This document shows, piece after piece, positions 48,013 through 58,024 of a DNA stretch of 64,000 bases (positions are counted from its first letter, which is position 1; each line of letters opens with the position of its first letter). This DNA comes from an uncultured Pseudomonadales bacterium (lineage in GTDB: Bacteria > Pseudomonadota > Gammaproteobacteria > Pseudomonadales > Pseudohongiellaceae). The notes under the pieces are model-generated. The model saw nothing but the letters and a program-made list of their open reading frames with translations, searched no databases and was not told the origin of the DNA. The position numbers were made by a program, and so were the translations under genes. Location: assembly GCA_943842505.1 (NCBI GenBank), contig CALTDI010000008.1:88330-152329 (forward strand). Direction: 5' to 3'.

Positions 48013-50455
48013 ATGCAAACTAGATCTCTCCTAAGTCTCGTCCTGCTGACCGCAATTGCCAGTCTTGCCATCGGGAGCACTGCCGCTAGAGCGCAGGGTA
48101 ATAGCTCGGTGAATATCGAGGGGTTGGATCAGAGCGTTGAGATATTAAAAGATAAGTGGGGAATTTCTCACATCTATGCCCAGACAGAGCACGACCTGTT
48201 TTTCGCTCAGGGTTATAGCGCAGCAAGAGATCGCCTGTTTCAGTTTGAAATATGGCGGGCGCAGGCGACTGGAACTACGGCAGCGCTATTTGGCCCCCGC
48301 ATGATCGACCGCGATCATGGTACACGGCTATTCAAGTTTCGTGGCCCAATGGCGGACGAGATGAATCACTACCATCCTCGCGGCGTCGATATCATTACAG
48401 CCTTCGTCCATGGTGTTAATGCCTACATCGATGAGGCACTGGATGACCCCGATTCGCTGCCACTGCCATTCAAGCTGCTCGGTATTCAGCCCCAGCACTG
48501 GACAGAAGAGGTCGTCATTTCTCGCCATCAGGGTTTATTAGGCAACATTGGTCAAGAACTGAATATTGGCAGGGCAGTGTGCGCGATCGGTGAAGACGCC
48601 GTGCGTGAGTTGCAGTATTTTCACCCGCATGACCCGATCTTGAGCTTGGATCCAATGATCGACTGTGAGTCTCTTACTGGAGAACGATATCTTGCATCTC
48701 TACACGTCCTATAGAAGCAGTATCAAGTTTGAGCCAAACGATATTGTTGCAAGCACTAATCGAAATACCACGCAAAGCTATGCCGAAATCGCCAGTACCA
48801 TTAGTGCAGAAGATATCAACCTGAAGGAACATGATCTCGATGATATAGGCAGCAATAATTGGGTGGTCAGTGGTGACCTTACACAGGATGGCTGGCCGAT
48901 GATGATTAACGACCCACATCGCGCACAGAGCGTTCCCTCGCTGCGCTATTGGGTGCATCTGGTAGGCCCGGGTTGGAATGTGATAGGGGGTGGCGAGCCC
49001 GAGATTCCTGGTGTGTCTATAGGACACAATGAACAGGGCGCCTGGGGGCTCACCGTGTTTGGTACAGATGGTGAAGACCTAATGGTGTATGAGACTAACC
49101 CCGCTAACCCGAATCAATACCGCTATCAGGGCCGATGGGAAGACATGCAGATTATAGAAGAAGTGATAGAGGTGAAGGGAGCCGATTCGGTAACGGTAGA
49201 GCTTAAGTACACGCGACACGGCCCGGTTAGCTTTGAGGACACGAACAAGAATTTGGCCTATGCAGTACGTCCCGCCTGGATGGATGTTGGCGGGGCTCCG
49301 TATCTTGCCTCGCTGCGTATGGATCAGGCAACTACGTGGGAAGAATTCAGAGACGCTACGAACTATAGCCATATTCCTGGTGAGAACATGATCTGGGCCG
49401 ATCGCGATGGCAATATCGGCTGGCAGGCAGTAGGTATTGCACCACTGAGAAGGAATTTTAGCGGGCTGGTCCCCGTTCCCGGTGACGGGCGTTATGAATG
49501 GGATGGGTATCTGGAGATCAAGCAGAAACCCAATGCGTTTAATCCTGATGTCGGCTATATAGAGACTTCGAATAGTAATTACACTCCACCGGATTTCCCC
49601 AACCTCGATGCCATAGCGCATACATGGACCGACCCTTATCGCTGGGCGCGCGGCAGCGAGCTGCTGAGCTCGGGGAGGAAATTCAATATGACAGACATGA
49701 TTGAGTTTCAGCACGACTATCTCTCTATTCCAGCTCGTTCACTAGTTCCTTTCTTTAAAGATTTGCGTGCAGGTGACCGGCAGGTCGAAGCCGCGAGACA
49801 GATGTTAATGAACTGGGACTTCAGGCTTGATAAAGATTCGATAGAGGCGGGCATCTATGTGGCTTTCGAGAGACAGCTGCTAGACAACATGGAAGCACTT
49901 AAAGTCCCCGAGGCGGCAAGTGACTTTCTCAACGTAGGAATGAAGACCAGTATAGATATGTTATTGGCGCCAGATGGTGACTTCGGTAACGATCCTATAG
50001 CGGGTAGAGACGAATTTCTGCTTACTACCCTTGGCGAGGCGGTAGCAACATTGCGAGAGAAGCTGGGTGCGAATATCGAAGATTGGGTATACGGTCAAGC
50101 CGACTATAAGCATGCGCTAATTCGCCATCCCCTGGGTGCGGCGGTGAGTGAAGAGATCAGAAGTCGTCTAGAGCTGGGTCCGCTACCCCGCGGAGGAAAT
50201 GGATTTACTCTGGGGGCCACAGGTAGTGGTGACAATCAAACCTCTGGTGCCTCGTTCAGGATTTTTATCGATACCCGTGATTGGGACAATACGCTGGGAA
50301 TGAATACTCCAGGGCAGGTAGGTGACCCCGATAGCCCGCTGTATGACAATTTGTTTGAGCTGTGGGCCAACGATAAGGTGTTTCCGGCTTTCTACTCGCG
50401 CGAGAAAATAGAAACGGTCTTGTTTGAGACCGTCGATCTGATTCCAGCAAATTAG
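48013..50455 (+). pseudogene. penicillin/AHL-acylase family Ntn hydrolase, split by a +1 frameshift near 48665
   Basis: ORF 48013..48714 encodes the signal peptide plus alpha subunit (DKWGISHIYAQTEHDLFFAQGYSAARDRLFQFE). ORF 48665..50455, in the next frame, encodes the spacer plus beta subunit with nucleophile context GSNNWVVSG. These enzymes are made as one precursor. Confidence 0.8.
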
Positions 50456-50528
50456 TAACCCGCCGCGGCAGCTAAGAGGGTAGATGCAGGCGGGTTAGAG
50501 TTATTGGCCCAAGAGCCTGTGAATTTTT

Positions 50529-51852
50529 TTATTCAGATAGTTTGCGATAGAGCGAACGAGTGCTGATGTTTAGAATCTTCGCGACTTCTTCCTTGTCGCC
50601 ATCGTGAGCCTGCATCAGGTCGGCCAGATACCGCCTCTCATGGGTCTTGAGATCAACCCAGTCTGCTTGGTCATCTTGCCTGTCATTTGCATCCAATACG
50701 ATTCGATCGGGCGCGTCTTCGAGGGCCAGCTCGATGACTCTCGCATCGATTACATTGGTGTCAGCCATTACCAGGGCGCGGCTAATCAAATTGCGCAGCT
50801 CCCTAATATTGCCTGGATAGTCCAGAGACTGCAGCGTTCGCGTAGCTGTGCTGGTGAAATGGTATTCTCCGGCGGGGTCTATTCTAGAGAGAAGAGCCTT
50901 TGCTACCAGTGGAATATCCGCGACGCGTTCGGATAGCGAGGGCAGCATTATGGGAAATACATTGATTCGATAATAAAGATCGGTGCGAAACTCGCCGCGT
51001 TTGACCATCTGGTATAAGTTCTTATGGGTGGCGCAAATCAGGCGAAAATCCGAGCTGTGCACTTCTGCACTGCCCAGCCTGCGAAATGTGCCCGTCTCGA
51101 TTAGTCGCAGCAGCTTAACCTGCATAGACAAAGGAATGTCTCCCACCTCATCGAGAAACAGGGTGCCGCAATTCGCAAGTTCTACCAGTCCCTTCTTGTT
51201 ATTCACGGCCCCCGTGAAGGCGCCTTTAATATGGCCGAAGAGTTCGCTTTCGAAAAGTGCGTCGCTCAGCCCCGCGCACTCGAGTGAGACTAGGGGTTTG
51301 TCTTTGCGGGTGCTGGCCATATGAATGGCGCGGGCAGCTAGCTCCTTGCCGGTGCCGGATTCCCCCAAAAGGAGTACAGAGGCATCGCTATTGCCTACCC
51401 GTGCAATTTTGGAAACCATCTTCTGGAAGACTTCGCTCTCGCCAACCATCTCTCTGTCAGAGCTGGCGCCGCTCGCTAGGGGAACAGGCTGTAATAGCTC
51501 GACAAAGTAGATTAGACTCTCCGTCACGATTGTGGATGGGCAGCATCTGCACATCGACATGTTCGCGCCCGCGGGGAGTCTGGTGGATATGCAGCACTCG
51601 CTCCCTGTGTCCGGAGGCTTTTGCCGCTCCTAAGGGGCAATCTTCGCCAGCCTTGTCGCAGGGCATCTTGTAGCCGTGGGATATCTCGTAGCAGCGATTG
51701 GTCTTCTGAAAGTCGATCGCTCCGAAGGATTGTTCGTATTCTCTGTTGTTGGCTAGAATTTCATAATCCGCGGATACCAGAATGGCGGGGCAATCGAAGC
51801 CCTCGAGTATCTCGCTCATGGCCAAATTCTGATCGCTTGCTATTAAGTTCAT
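50529..51852 (-). pseudogene. fisR: FisR-like sigma-54-dependent regulator (Cys-containing sensor domain + AAA+ + HTH), interrupted by a frameshift near 51505-51530
   Basis: ORF 51457..51918 encodes the sensor domain ([22 protein letters not shown]). ORF 50529..51560, in another frame, encodes [14 protein letters not shown] and the [16 protein letters not shown]. The two frames overlap by 104 nt. Start taken at ATG 51850-51852. Confidence 0.75.
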
Positions 51853-51867
51853 CGATAGAAGAAATAA

Positions 51868-51903
51868 TGTCAAATATGTCAGGCCACTATGACAAAAATG
51901 ACA
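51868..51903. promoter_or_regulatory. nested dyad TGTCA-N4-TGTCA-N8-TGACA-N4-TGACA (candidate enhancer-binding site)
   Basis: Half-sites at 51868-72, 51877-81, 51890-94 and 51899-903. It lies 16 nt upstream of the fisR-like start and about 100 bp upstream of the -24/-12 element that faces pdo. Confidence 0.55.
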
Positions 51904-51989
51904 ATTCCGCGCAAGCAAACTATTACTGCCTTTCCTCTCTGTCTATAAAATTCGTTAAATATCAATTGCTTAAACTGCTTTATCGAAAT

Positions 51990-52005
51990 TGGCATGGCCT
52001 GTGCA
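51990..52005 (+). promoter_or_regulatory. sigma-54 (-24/-12) promoter candidate
   Basis: TGGCAT-GGCCT-GTGCA against the consensus TGGCAC-N5-TTGCA, with correct GG/GC spacing. It faces the pdo-sqr operon in the divergent intergenic region next to a sigma-54 activator gene. Confidence 0.65.
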
Positions 52006-52079
52006 AATACTAAGTTCATAGAATTGGATCTCTGCTTTTCCGGGATTCTTGAAAATCGCTTCTGATGAGGATTAGATCA

Positions 52080-52169
52080 ATGATTACGGTTAAAAATATG
52101 TTCTACTTGATGACAACCCCGGTTATTACTGCGCTTGTATGTTGGGCTATTTGGGTTTTTCTGGTCTAA
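52080..52169 (+). CDS. possible 29-aa single-TM leader micro-protein
   Basis: ATG preceded by GAGGA with 8-nt spacing. It encodes MITVKNMFYLMTTPVITALVCWAIWVFLV and sits between the sigma-54 promoter and pdo. There is no homology evidence. Confidence 0.25.
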   Translation: MITVKNMFYLMTTPVITALVCWAIWVFLV

Positions 52170-52187
52170 GACCGACACTGCGGACGA

Positions 52188-53117
52188 GTGCTTGAAAACG
52201 AGGGAATGACTGAGGTGGCAAATAACAATGTAGCGAAGCGCAGTGATGCGGTGCAACCCAAAGTTGTCCCATTCTTCGATGATGACTCAAACACTTTTTC
52301 CTATGTGGTTAGCGACCCCACTTCGAGCTCATGCGCGATTATCGATTCCGTATTGGAATTCGATATGGCGAACGGGAACGTAGATCGTGTGGGTGCTGAC
52401 TCGATTATTCGCTATGTAGAAAAAGAGGGCCTGAAAGTCGAATGGATTATTGAGACGCATGTCCATGCAGACCATCTCACTGCAGCGCCTTATTTGAAAA
52501 ATCGTCTCGGTGGCAAGATCGCGATCGGTGAAAAGGTAGCCCTTGTGCAGGAGACATTCGGAAGGATATTCAACGTAGAGAAAGAGTTCAGTCCCGAAGG
52601 ATCTCAATTCGATCATCTATTTGTTGATGGTGAGGAATACACGATTGGTAATCTTCAGGCCTATGCGATGCATACGCCAGGACACACTCCTGCCTGTATG
52701 ACCCATGTGATAGGCGATTCGGTTTTCGTAGGGGACACAATATTCATGCCCGATGCCGGCTCGGCGCGGGCGGATTTTCCTGGGGGTGATGCGGCTACTT
52801 TATATCGCTCCATTCAGAAGGTGTTAAGCTTGCCCGCGCAATCTACAATCTATATGTGTCATGACTATGGCGAAGGCAGAGAGATGGAGTATCAGACTAC
52901 AGTTGCACAGGAGTTGGCAGAGAACATTCATGTCAATTCAGCGATTAAGGAACCCGACTTTGTAAAAATGCGTACTGCTCGTGACAAAACATTGGCTGTG
53001 CCACACTTGATCCTGCCTTCTTTGCAGGTGAATATGCGCGCCGGTCATTTTCCCGAAGCGGAAGATAACGGGCGTACCTATCTGAAAATTCCAGTCGATG
53101 CCTTTCGCAAACACTAA
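52188..53117 (+). CDS. pdo: MBL-fold persulfide dioxygenase (ETHE1/Blh-type PDO)
   Basis: Metal motif ETHVHADHLT, and PFFDDDSNTFSYVVSD typical of bacterial PDOs. Context with sqr supports the call. ATG 52206 is an alternative start. Confidence 0.8.
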   Translation: MLENEGMTEVANNNVAKRSDAVQPKVVPFFDDDSNTFSYVVSDPTSSSCAIIDSVLEFDMANGNVDRVGADSIIRYVEKEGLKVEWIIETHVHADHLTAAPYLKNRLGGKIAIGEKVALVQETFGRIFNVEKEFSPEGSQFDHLFVDGEEYTIGNLQAYAMHTPGHTPACMTHVIGDSVFVGDTIFMPDAGSARADFPGGDAATLYRSIQKVLSLPAQSTIYMCHDYGEGREMEYQTTVAQELAENIHVNSAIKEPDFVKMRTARDKTLAVPHLILPSLQVNMRAGHFPEAEDNGRTYLKIPVDAFRKH

Positions 53118-53137
53118 CAAGGAAAGAGCCCTGACCA

Positions 53138-53566
53138 ATGAAGTCGATTATTGTTAACGAGAATCTGAGTATCTCAGATCAAATTGAAGCGACAGATATA
53201 GAGCAGCTGGCGCAGGAAGGTGTTCAGGTAATAATGTGCAATCGGCCAGACGAGGAAGCAGCTGAACAACCCTCGTTCAGTGACATGGCGGCAGCAGCCG
53301 AGGCCAATGGCATCGAAGCTCTCTATATTCCTCTCAAGACAGGTGAGATGAAGGCAGAACATGTAAGGCAAATGCGGCGCCTGCAGGACAGCGGTAAGCG
53401 CTTGCATGCCTTCTGCCGGTCTGGCAATAGGTCGTTTTGTCTCTATGCCGCCGCACATGCCAGTCGAGGTTTACCGAAAGACGAGATTTTACAGCAAGCA
53501 GAAAAGGCCGGCATTGCCGTTGAGGAAATAATTGAGCCATATTATAAGGGTGCATTGAATCTATGA
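53138..53566 (+). CDS. DUF442 (TIGR01244-like) PTP-fold sulfurtransferase/phosphatase-like protein
   Basis: 142 aa with a P-loop-like HAFCRSGNRS. It sits between pdo and sqr, and its stop overlaps the sqr start by 4 nt. Confidence 0.7.
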   Translation: MKSIIVNENLSISDQIEATDIEQLAQEGVQVIMCNRPDEEAAEQPSFSDMAAAAEANGIEALYIPLKTGEMKAEHVRQMRRLQDSGKRLHAFCRSGNRSFCLYAAAHASRGLPKDEILQQAEKAGIAVEEIIEPYYKGALNL

Positions 53567-54846
53567 ACACGACTGAGAACACAACAGAACAAAACACGGC
53601 GGCTACCCCCGCGTTTGACATCGTAATTGTCGGCGCCGGATCGGGGGGCATTTCAGCGGCATCCAGCCTACTAAAACGGAATCGAGGTTTTCGAATCGCG
53701 CTAATTGACCCGGCAACTGAACACTACTACCAGCCAGGTTGGACCATGGTTGGCGGCGGGATATTCGATGCGGAGACGACCAGGCGCCAGATGCAGGACT
53801 TGATTCCCAGTGATGCTAGCTGGATTAAGCAGGCAGTAAAGGGTTTCAAGCCGTCGGAGAATGAGGTTGTTCTCGACGATGGAAGCCGCGTTGCTTACAA
53901 GCATTTGATTGTAGCGCCAGGCCTTACCCTGGATTGGGATGGCATCGATGGCTTGAAGGAGTCGCTAGGCAAAAATGGAGTGACTTCGAACTACTCCTAC
54001 GATCACGCTCCTTACACCTGGGATCTGGTGACGGGTCTCAAAAAAGGCAAGGCACTATTCACGCAACCACCCATGCCAATCAAATGTGCGGGGGCGCCGC
54101 AGAAAGCGCTCTATCTGTCCTGTGATAATTGGCTTCGACATAAAGTGTTGAATGATATAGACGTAGATTTCATGAATGCGGGTGGCGTGCTGTTTGGAGT
54201 AAGTGAATACGTCCCCGCCCTGCAATCCTATATTGATCGTTATGGCGTAAACGTAAACTATTTTCACAATCTCGAGGCTGTAGACGGAAAAGAAAAGGTG
54301 GCCCATTTCAAGATAATTTCGGGAGAGAAAGAGGGTGAGCAGATTGCAAAGCCCTTCGACATGATTCACGTCTGTCCGCCGCAGAGGGCACCCGATTTTG
54401 TTGTAAACAGTGAATTGGCAGGCCCGGGTGGATGGCTGGAAGTAGATCAGTTTAGTCTGCGTCATACCCGATTCGACAATGTCTGGGGCTTGGGAGACGT
54501 GATGAATACGCCTAACGCCAAGACCATGGCTGCGGTGCGGAAACAGGTTCCGGTCGTGGCAGAGAATATAGTCGCTGCGCTTGAGGGTGAATCCCTGCGA
54601 GCCGGCTACGATGGCTATGGCTCCTGCCCGCTCACGGTGGAGCGAGGTAAGATAGTTCTGGCTGAGTTTGGCTATGGCGGAAAGTTAATTCCTACATTTC
54701 CCAAGTGGGTGCTCGAGGGCACTCAGCCAACCAAGGCGGCTTGGATGCTGAAGAAGGACATTCTTCCGGGAATCTACTGGAATGCGATGCTCAAAGGCAG
54801 AGAGTGGATGGCTGGGCCCGCGGATCTCGATAAATTGCGAGGCTGA
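53563..54846 (+). CDS. sqr: type II sulfide:quinone oxidoreductase
   Basis: FAD fold DIVIVGAGSGGIS, and redox cysteines in PIKCAGAPQK and YGSCPLT. 427 aa. Confidence 0.8.
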   Translation: MNTTENTTEQNTAATPAFDIVIVGAGSGGISAASSLLKRNRGFRIALIDPATEHYYQPGWTMVGGGIFDAETTRRQMQDLIPSDASWIKQAVKGFKPSENEVVLDDGSRVAYKHLIVAPGLTLDWDGIDGLKESLGKNGVTSNYSYDHAPYTWDLVTGLKKGKALFTQPPMPIKCAGAPQKALYLSCDNWLRHKVLNDIDVDFMNAGGVLFGVSEYVPALQSYIDRYGVNVNYFHNLEAVDGKEKVAHFKIISGEKEGEQIAKPFDMIHVCPPQRAPDFVVNSELAGPGGWLEVDQFSLRHTRFDNVWGLGDVMNTPNAKTMAAVRKQVPVVAENIVAALEGESLRAGYDGYGSCPLTVERGKIVLAEFGYGGKLIPTFPKWVLEGTQPTKAAWMLKKDILPGIYWNAMLKGREWMAGPADLDKLRG

Positions 54847-54847
54847 A

Positions 54848-56578
54848 ATGGCATTCCTCTCCGGTCTCCTGCCTTCGGCACTCAAGTCCGGCCGCTATGA
54901 TAGATATCATTTCCTGGGCGATGTGATAGCCGCGGTCATTGTGGCTATTATGTTGATTCCGCAGTCCTTAGCCTACGCATTACTTGCGGGTATGCCGGCA
55001 GAGGTTGGTCTCTACGCCAGCATATTACCGCTGATCGCCTACGCTATACTTGGCAGTAGCAGCACGCTGTCTGTCGGGCCTGTGGCTATTACTTCCTTGA
55101 TGACTGCTGCGGCACTTTCGGACGTGGCAGCGCAGGGGTCTGCGGACTATCTCACAGCCGCCATTACACTGGCCGCACTATCGGGAGCTATGTTGCTCGG
55201 CTGTGGAATACTCCGTCTCGGCATTCTTGCTAATTTCCTTTCCCACACGGTCGTACAGGCCTTTATAACCGCTTCAGCGATCATTATTGCCGTCAGTCAA
55301 TTCAAACACTTAATGGGTGTGAATAGCGGTGGTGACAATCTCCTCGAGTTGCTGTCGGCGCTGATTGAAAACGTCGGACAAACTAATATCTATACCTTTG
55401 CCCTTGGTCTGGCTGTGATTGTCTTTCTCCTCAGTAGCCGTTATTGGGGAGTTAGCTTTCTTGGTCGATTCGGTATCGCTGTACACAGTGCCGACCTTAT
55501 GGTTAAGGCGGCACCTGTTCTGGGGGTTATCGTTAGCATCCTGGTAGTGGTTTCATTTGACCTGGAAGCCAAAGATGTGGCTGTTGTAGGCAGTATTCCA
55601 GCCGGGCTGCCTTCGCTTGTCTTGCCTTCATTCAATCTTCCATTGGTGAAAGAGTTGCTGTTACCTGCAGCGCTGATCTCGACGATAGGCTACGTGGAAT
55701 CTATTTCTGTGGGCTCAGCGCTCGGTGCCAAGCGACGCGAAGGAGTAGAAAACAATAGAGAGCTCGTCGCCCTAGGTGGTGCAAATCTGGCGGCGGCAGT
55801 GTCGGGCGCATTTCCCGTTACAGGAGGGTTCTCTCGCTCCGTGGTGAATTTTGATGCCGGTGCACACAGCCAGCTGGCGAGCCTGATGACTGCTGGCCTG
55901 ATTGCTCTGGTTGCCCTGTTTCTTACTCCGTTCCTGTATCACCTTCCCAAGGCGGTATTGGCGGCGACGATTATTGTGGCGGTCTTGTCTCTAGTTGATT
56001 TTTCTATTATTAAGAAGACTTGGCGCTTCTCAAAAAGAGATTGGGGTTCGGTGGTGGCAACTCTGTTCCTGACCCTTGGATTCGGCGTTGAAGTAGGTGT
56101 TAGCAGTGGGGTGCTCATTTCAATTGCTTTGCATCTCTATCGTACGGCGCGACCTCATGTCGCCGAGGTGGGTTTGGTTGAAGGCACCGAGCACTTTCGT
56201 AATATTCTCCGTTATAAGGTGAAGACTATTCCCAGCGTACTTACTCTTCGTATCGATGAGAGTCTATTCTTCGCTAACGCCAGCATGTTAGAGAAACTCA
56301 TCTATGAGCGAGTTGCGGAAGACAAGAATATAGTCCACGTTGTACTGATGTGCAGCGCGGTTAACGAAGTGGACTTCAGTGCACTGGAGACTTTGGAAGA
56401 GATTAATCAGAGGCTTCGAGAAGAGAATATTTTTCTACACCTGTCCGAGGTGAAAGGCCCAGTGCTGGACAAACTAAGACGAGCGCGCTTCATAGATCAG
56501 ATGAGCGGAAATCTTTACCTTACGCAACACCAGGCCTTCGCCGACTTAATTAGCAAAGAGGAAAGCAAGACTCGCTGA
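54848..56578 (+). CDS. SulP family anion transporter with C-terminal STAS domain
   Basis: ATG 54848 lies 1 nt after the sqr stop. DVIAAVIVAIMLIPQSLAYALLAGMP, and a STAS-like tail (VVLMCSAVNEVDFSALETLEEINQRL). Confidence 0.85.
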   Translation: MAFLSGLLPSALKSGRYDRYHFLGDVIAAVIVAIMLIPQSLAYALLAGMPAEVGLYASILPLIAYAILGSSSTLSVGPVAITSLMTAAALSDVAAQGSADYLTAAITLAALSGAMLLGCGILRLGILANFLSHTVVQAFITASAIIIAVSQFKHLMGVNSGGDNLLELLSALIENVGQTNIYTFALGLAVIVFLLSSRYWGVSFLGRFGIAVHSADLMVKAAPVLGVIVSILVVVSFDLEAKDVAVVGSIPAGLPSLVLPSFNLPLVKELLLPAALISTIGYVESISVGSALGAKRREGVENNRELVALGGANLAAAVSGAFPVTGGFSRSVVNFDAGAHSQLASLMTAGLIALVALFLTPFLYHLPKAVLAATIIVAVLSLVDFSIIKKTWRFSKRDWGSVVATLFLTLGFGVEVGVSSGVLISIALHLYRTARPHVAEVGLVEGTEHFRNILRYKVKTIPSVLTLRIDESLFFANASMLEKLIYERVAEDKNIVHVVLMCSAVNEVDFSALETLEEINQRLREENIFLHLSEVKGPVLDKLRRARFIDQMSGNLYLTQHQAFADLISKEESKTR

Positions 56579-56695
56579 TGGTGAGGGAGGTTTGCATCGC
56601 AGTCCCGCCGTCTCCTCTTTTCCTGTTACTCTAACCCCTAACTCTAACGGTAGTTGTTTAGTCCACAATGTCACAGCTGGGCAAGAGTAGAGCTT

Positions 56696-58024
56696 ATGTC
56701 TGAAAGTAAGCACAATAAGAATAGCGATGTTGCTGCAGCTGGCCTGCCATCGGGCGACAATGCCGATGCGCAGTTGCGCCGCACCGGTATTAACCCGGAG
56801 CGCCTGTCGGTGGTTAAGTTGGGGCGCAGATCCCATTTAACCGGAGTTCCTTCCTGGTTATGGCGATTAGGCTCGGGCCTGTTGCTGTGGTCTCTGGCGC
56901 TGTTGTTCCATTCACCCCTAGCTCAATTGTCACCCTACCTACAGGCTGCGATAAAGCTTGTCATCGGGTTGATTATTCTGATCGCAGCCTGCGAAATACT
57001 GGTTTCAGCAACAGAGCGCCTTGCGGCGCGCTTTCAGTGGAATCACTATATCGCAGGGACCTTGGCGGAGATTCTATCCACCACCCCTGAGCTTGTCGTT
57101 ATTGCCTTTGTGATTCCGGTAAGCCCGATTACGGCCTTCACCATAAGCGTGGTGACCATCTATAACAACGCTCTGGTGTTTAGTCTGTATTCCTATTTTC
57201 TGCCCAAGGATAAAGCGGGCAAGTTTTTAATGCCCGCGCCTATTACCGAGGCGGGCTCCCAGATCCTGATCGGTGGCGGTGCCATGGGCCTTATCATCGG
57301 CCTGGTGATGCTGACGCTCAATTCGGCGCCCGAGTCCAAGAATAGTTTTTCGGCTACCGACCTGATCTTTATCAGCGTCATTCTGTTAGTCATATTCGCC
57401 GTCTACATATATAAACTGCTGACCAGCTATGCAAGAGAGGAGGCAGAGGTTAGAGAGAATCTGTCGATGTCTGAGAAAGACATAGAGCAGCGACTGGAAC
57501 TGGTCTATGAGAACGTAAAGCCTAGCTCATTCTGGACAATCGGATTACTCTTTCTGCTTGGTATTTTCGGTGCCTTTATAGGCGGTCACGAGATATCGGG
57601 TTTTGCCAGCACTATGATTCGAGATCTTGATATTAATCCGATTCTGACGGCGCTGATTCTGGCCTTGTTCGCCGGCCTGAGTGAATACGTCATCCTTTGG
57701 CAGTCGCACCGAAAGGGCGAATATGGTATTGCCTTGGCGAATGCCTTTGGCGGCATAACGCAGGTCATGTTTCTGGTGCTGCCATTTACGCTGTTATGGA
57801 TCGCCCTCTATCAGGGGTTTCTAAATCCTGCACACCCGGAACTGCCGCTCGAATTCTCGACCGCTAATATATTTCTGCTACTGTTTCTGTTTCCCACTTT
57901 CTATACCCTCTCATCGTTACTGGAAGAGGACCATACCCTGGGGGTTCTCGATACAACGATTATGACCGGTATCTTCCTGTTCCTGATTGTCCTGCTGGTT
58001 AGCTACGGCGGGGTTCCTGCCTAG
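56696..58024 (+). CDS. CaCA (Na+/Ca2+ exchanger-like) superfamily membrane protein
   Basis: Two alpha-repeat-like segments (GTLAEILSTTPELVVIAF and LFAGLSEYVILWQS) separated by a charged loop, with about 10 TM helices. Start taken at ATG 56696. Confidence 0.55.
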   Translation: MSESKHNKNSDVAAAGLPSGDNADAQLRRTGINPERLSVVKLGRRSHLTGVPSWLWRLGSGLLLWSLALLFHSPLAQLSPYLQAAIKLVIGLIILIAACEILVSATERLAARFQWNHYIAGTLAEILSTTPELVVIAFVIPVSPITAFTISVVTIYNNALVFSLYSYFLPKDKAGKFLMPAPITEAGSQILIGGGAMGLIIGLVMLTLNSAPESKNSFSATDLIFISVILLVIFAVYIYKLLTSYAREEAEVRENLSMSEKDIEQRLELVYENVKPSSFWTIGLLFLLGIFGAFIGGHEISGFASTMIRDLDINPILTALILALFAGLSEYVILWQSHRKGEYGIALANAFGGITQVMFLVLPFTLLWIALYQGFLNPAHPELPLEFSTANIFLLLFLFPTFYTLSSLLEEDHTLGVLDTTIMTGIFLFLIVLLVSYGGVPA

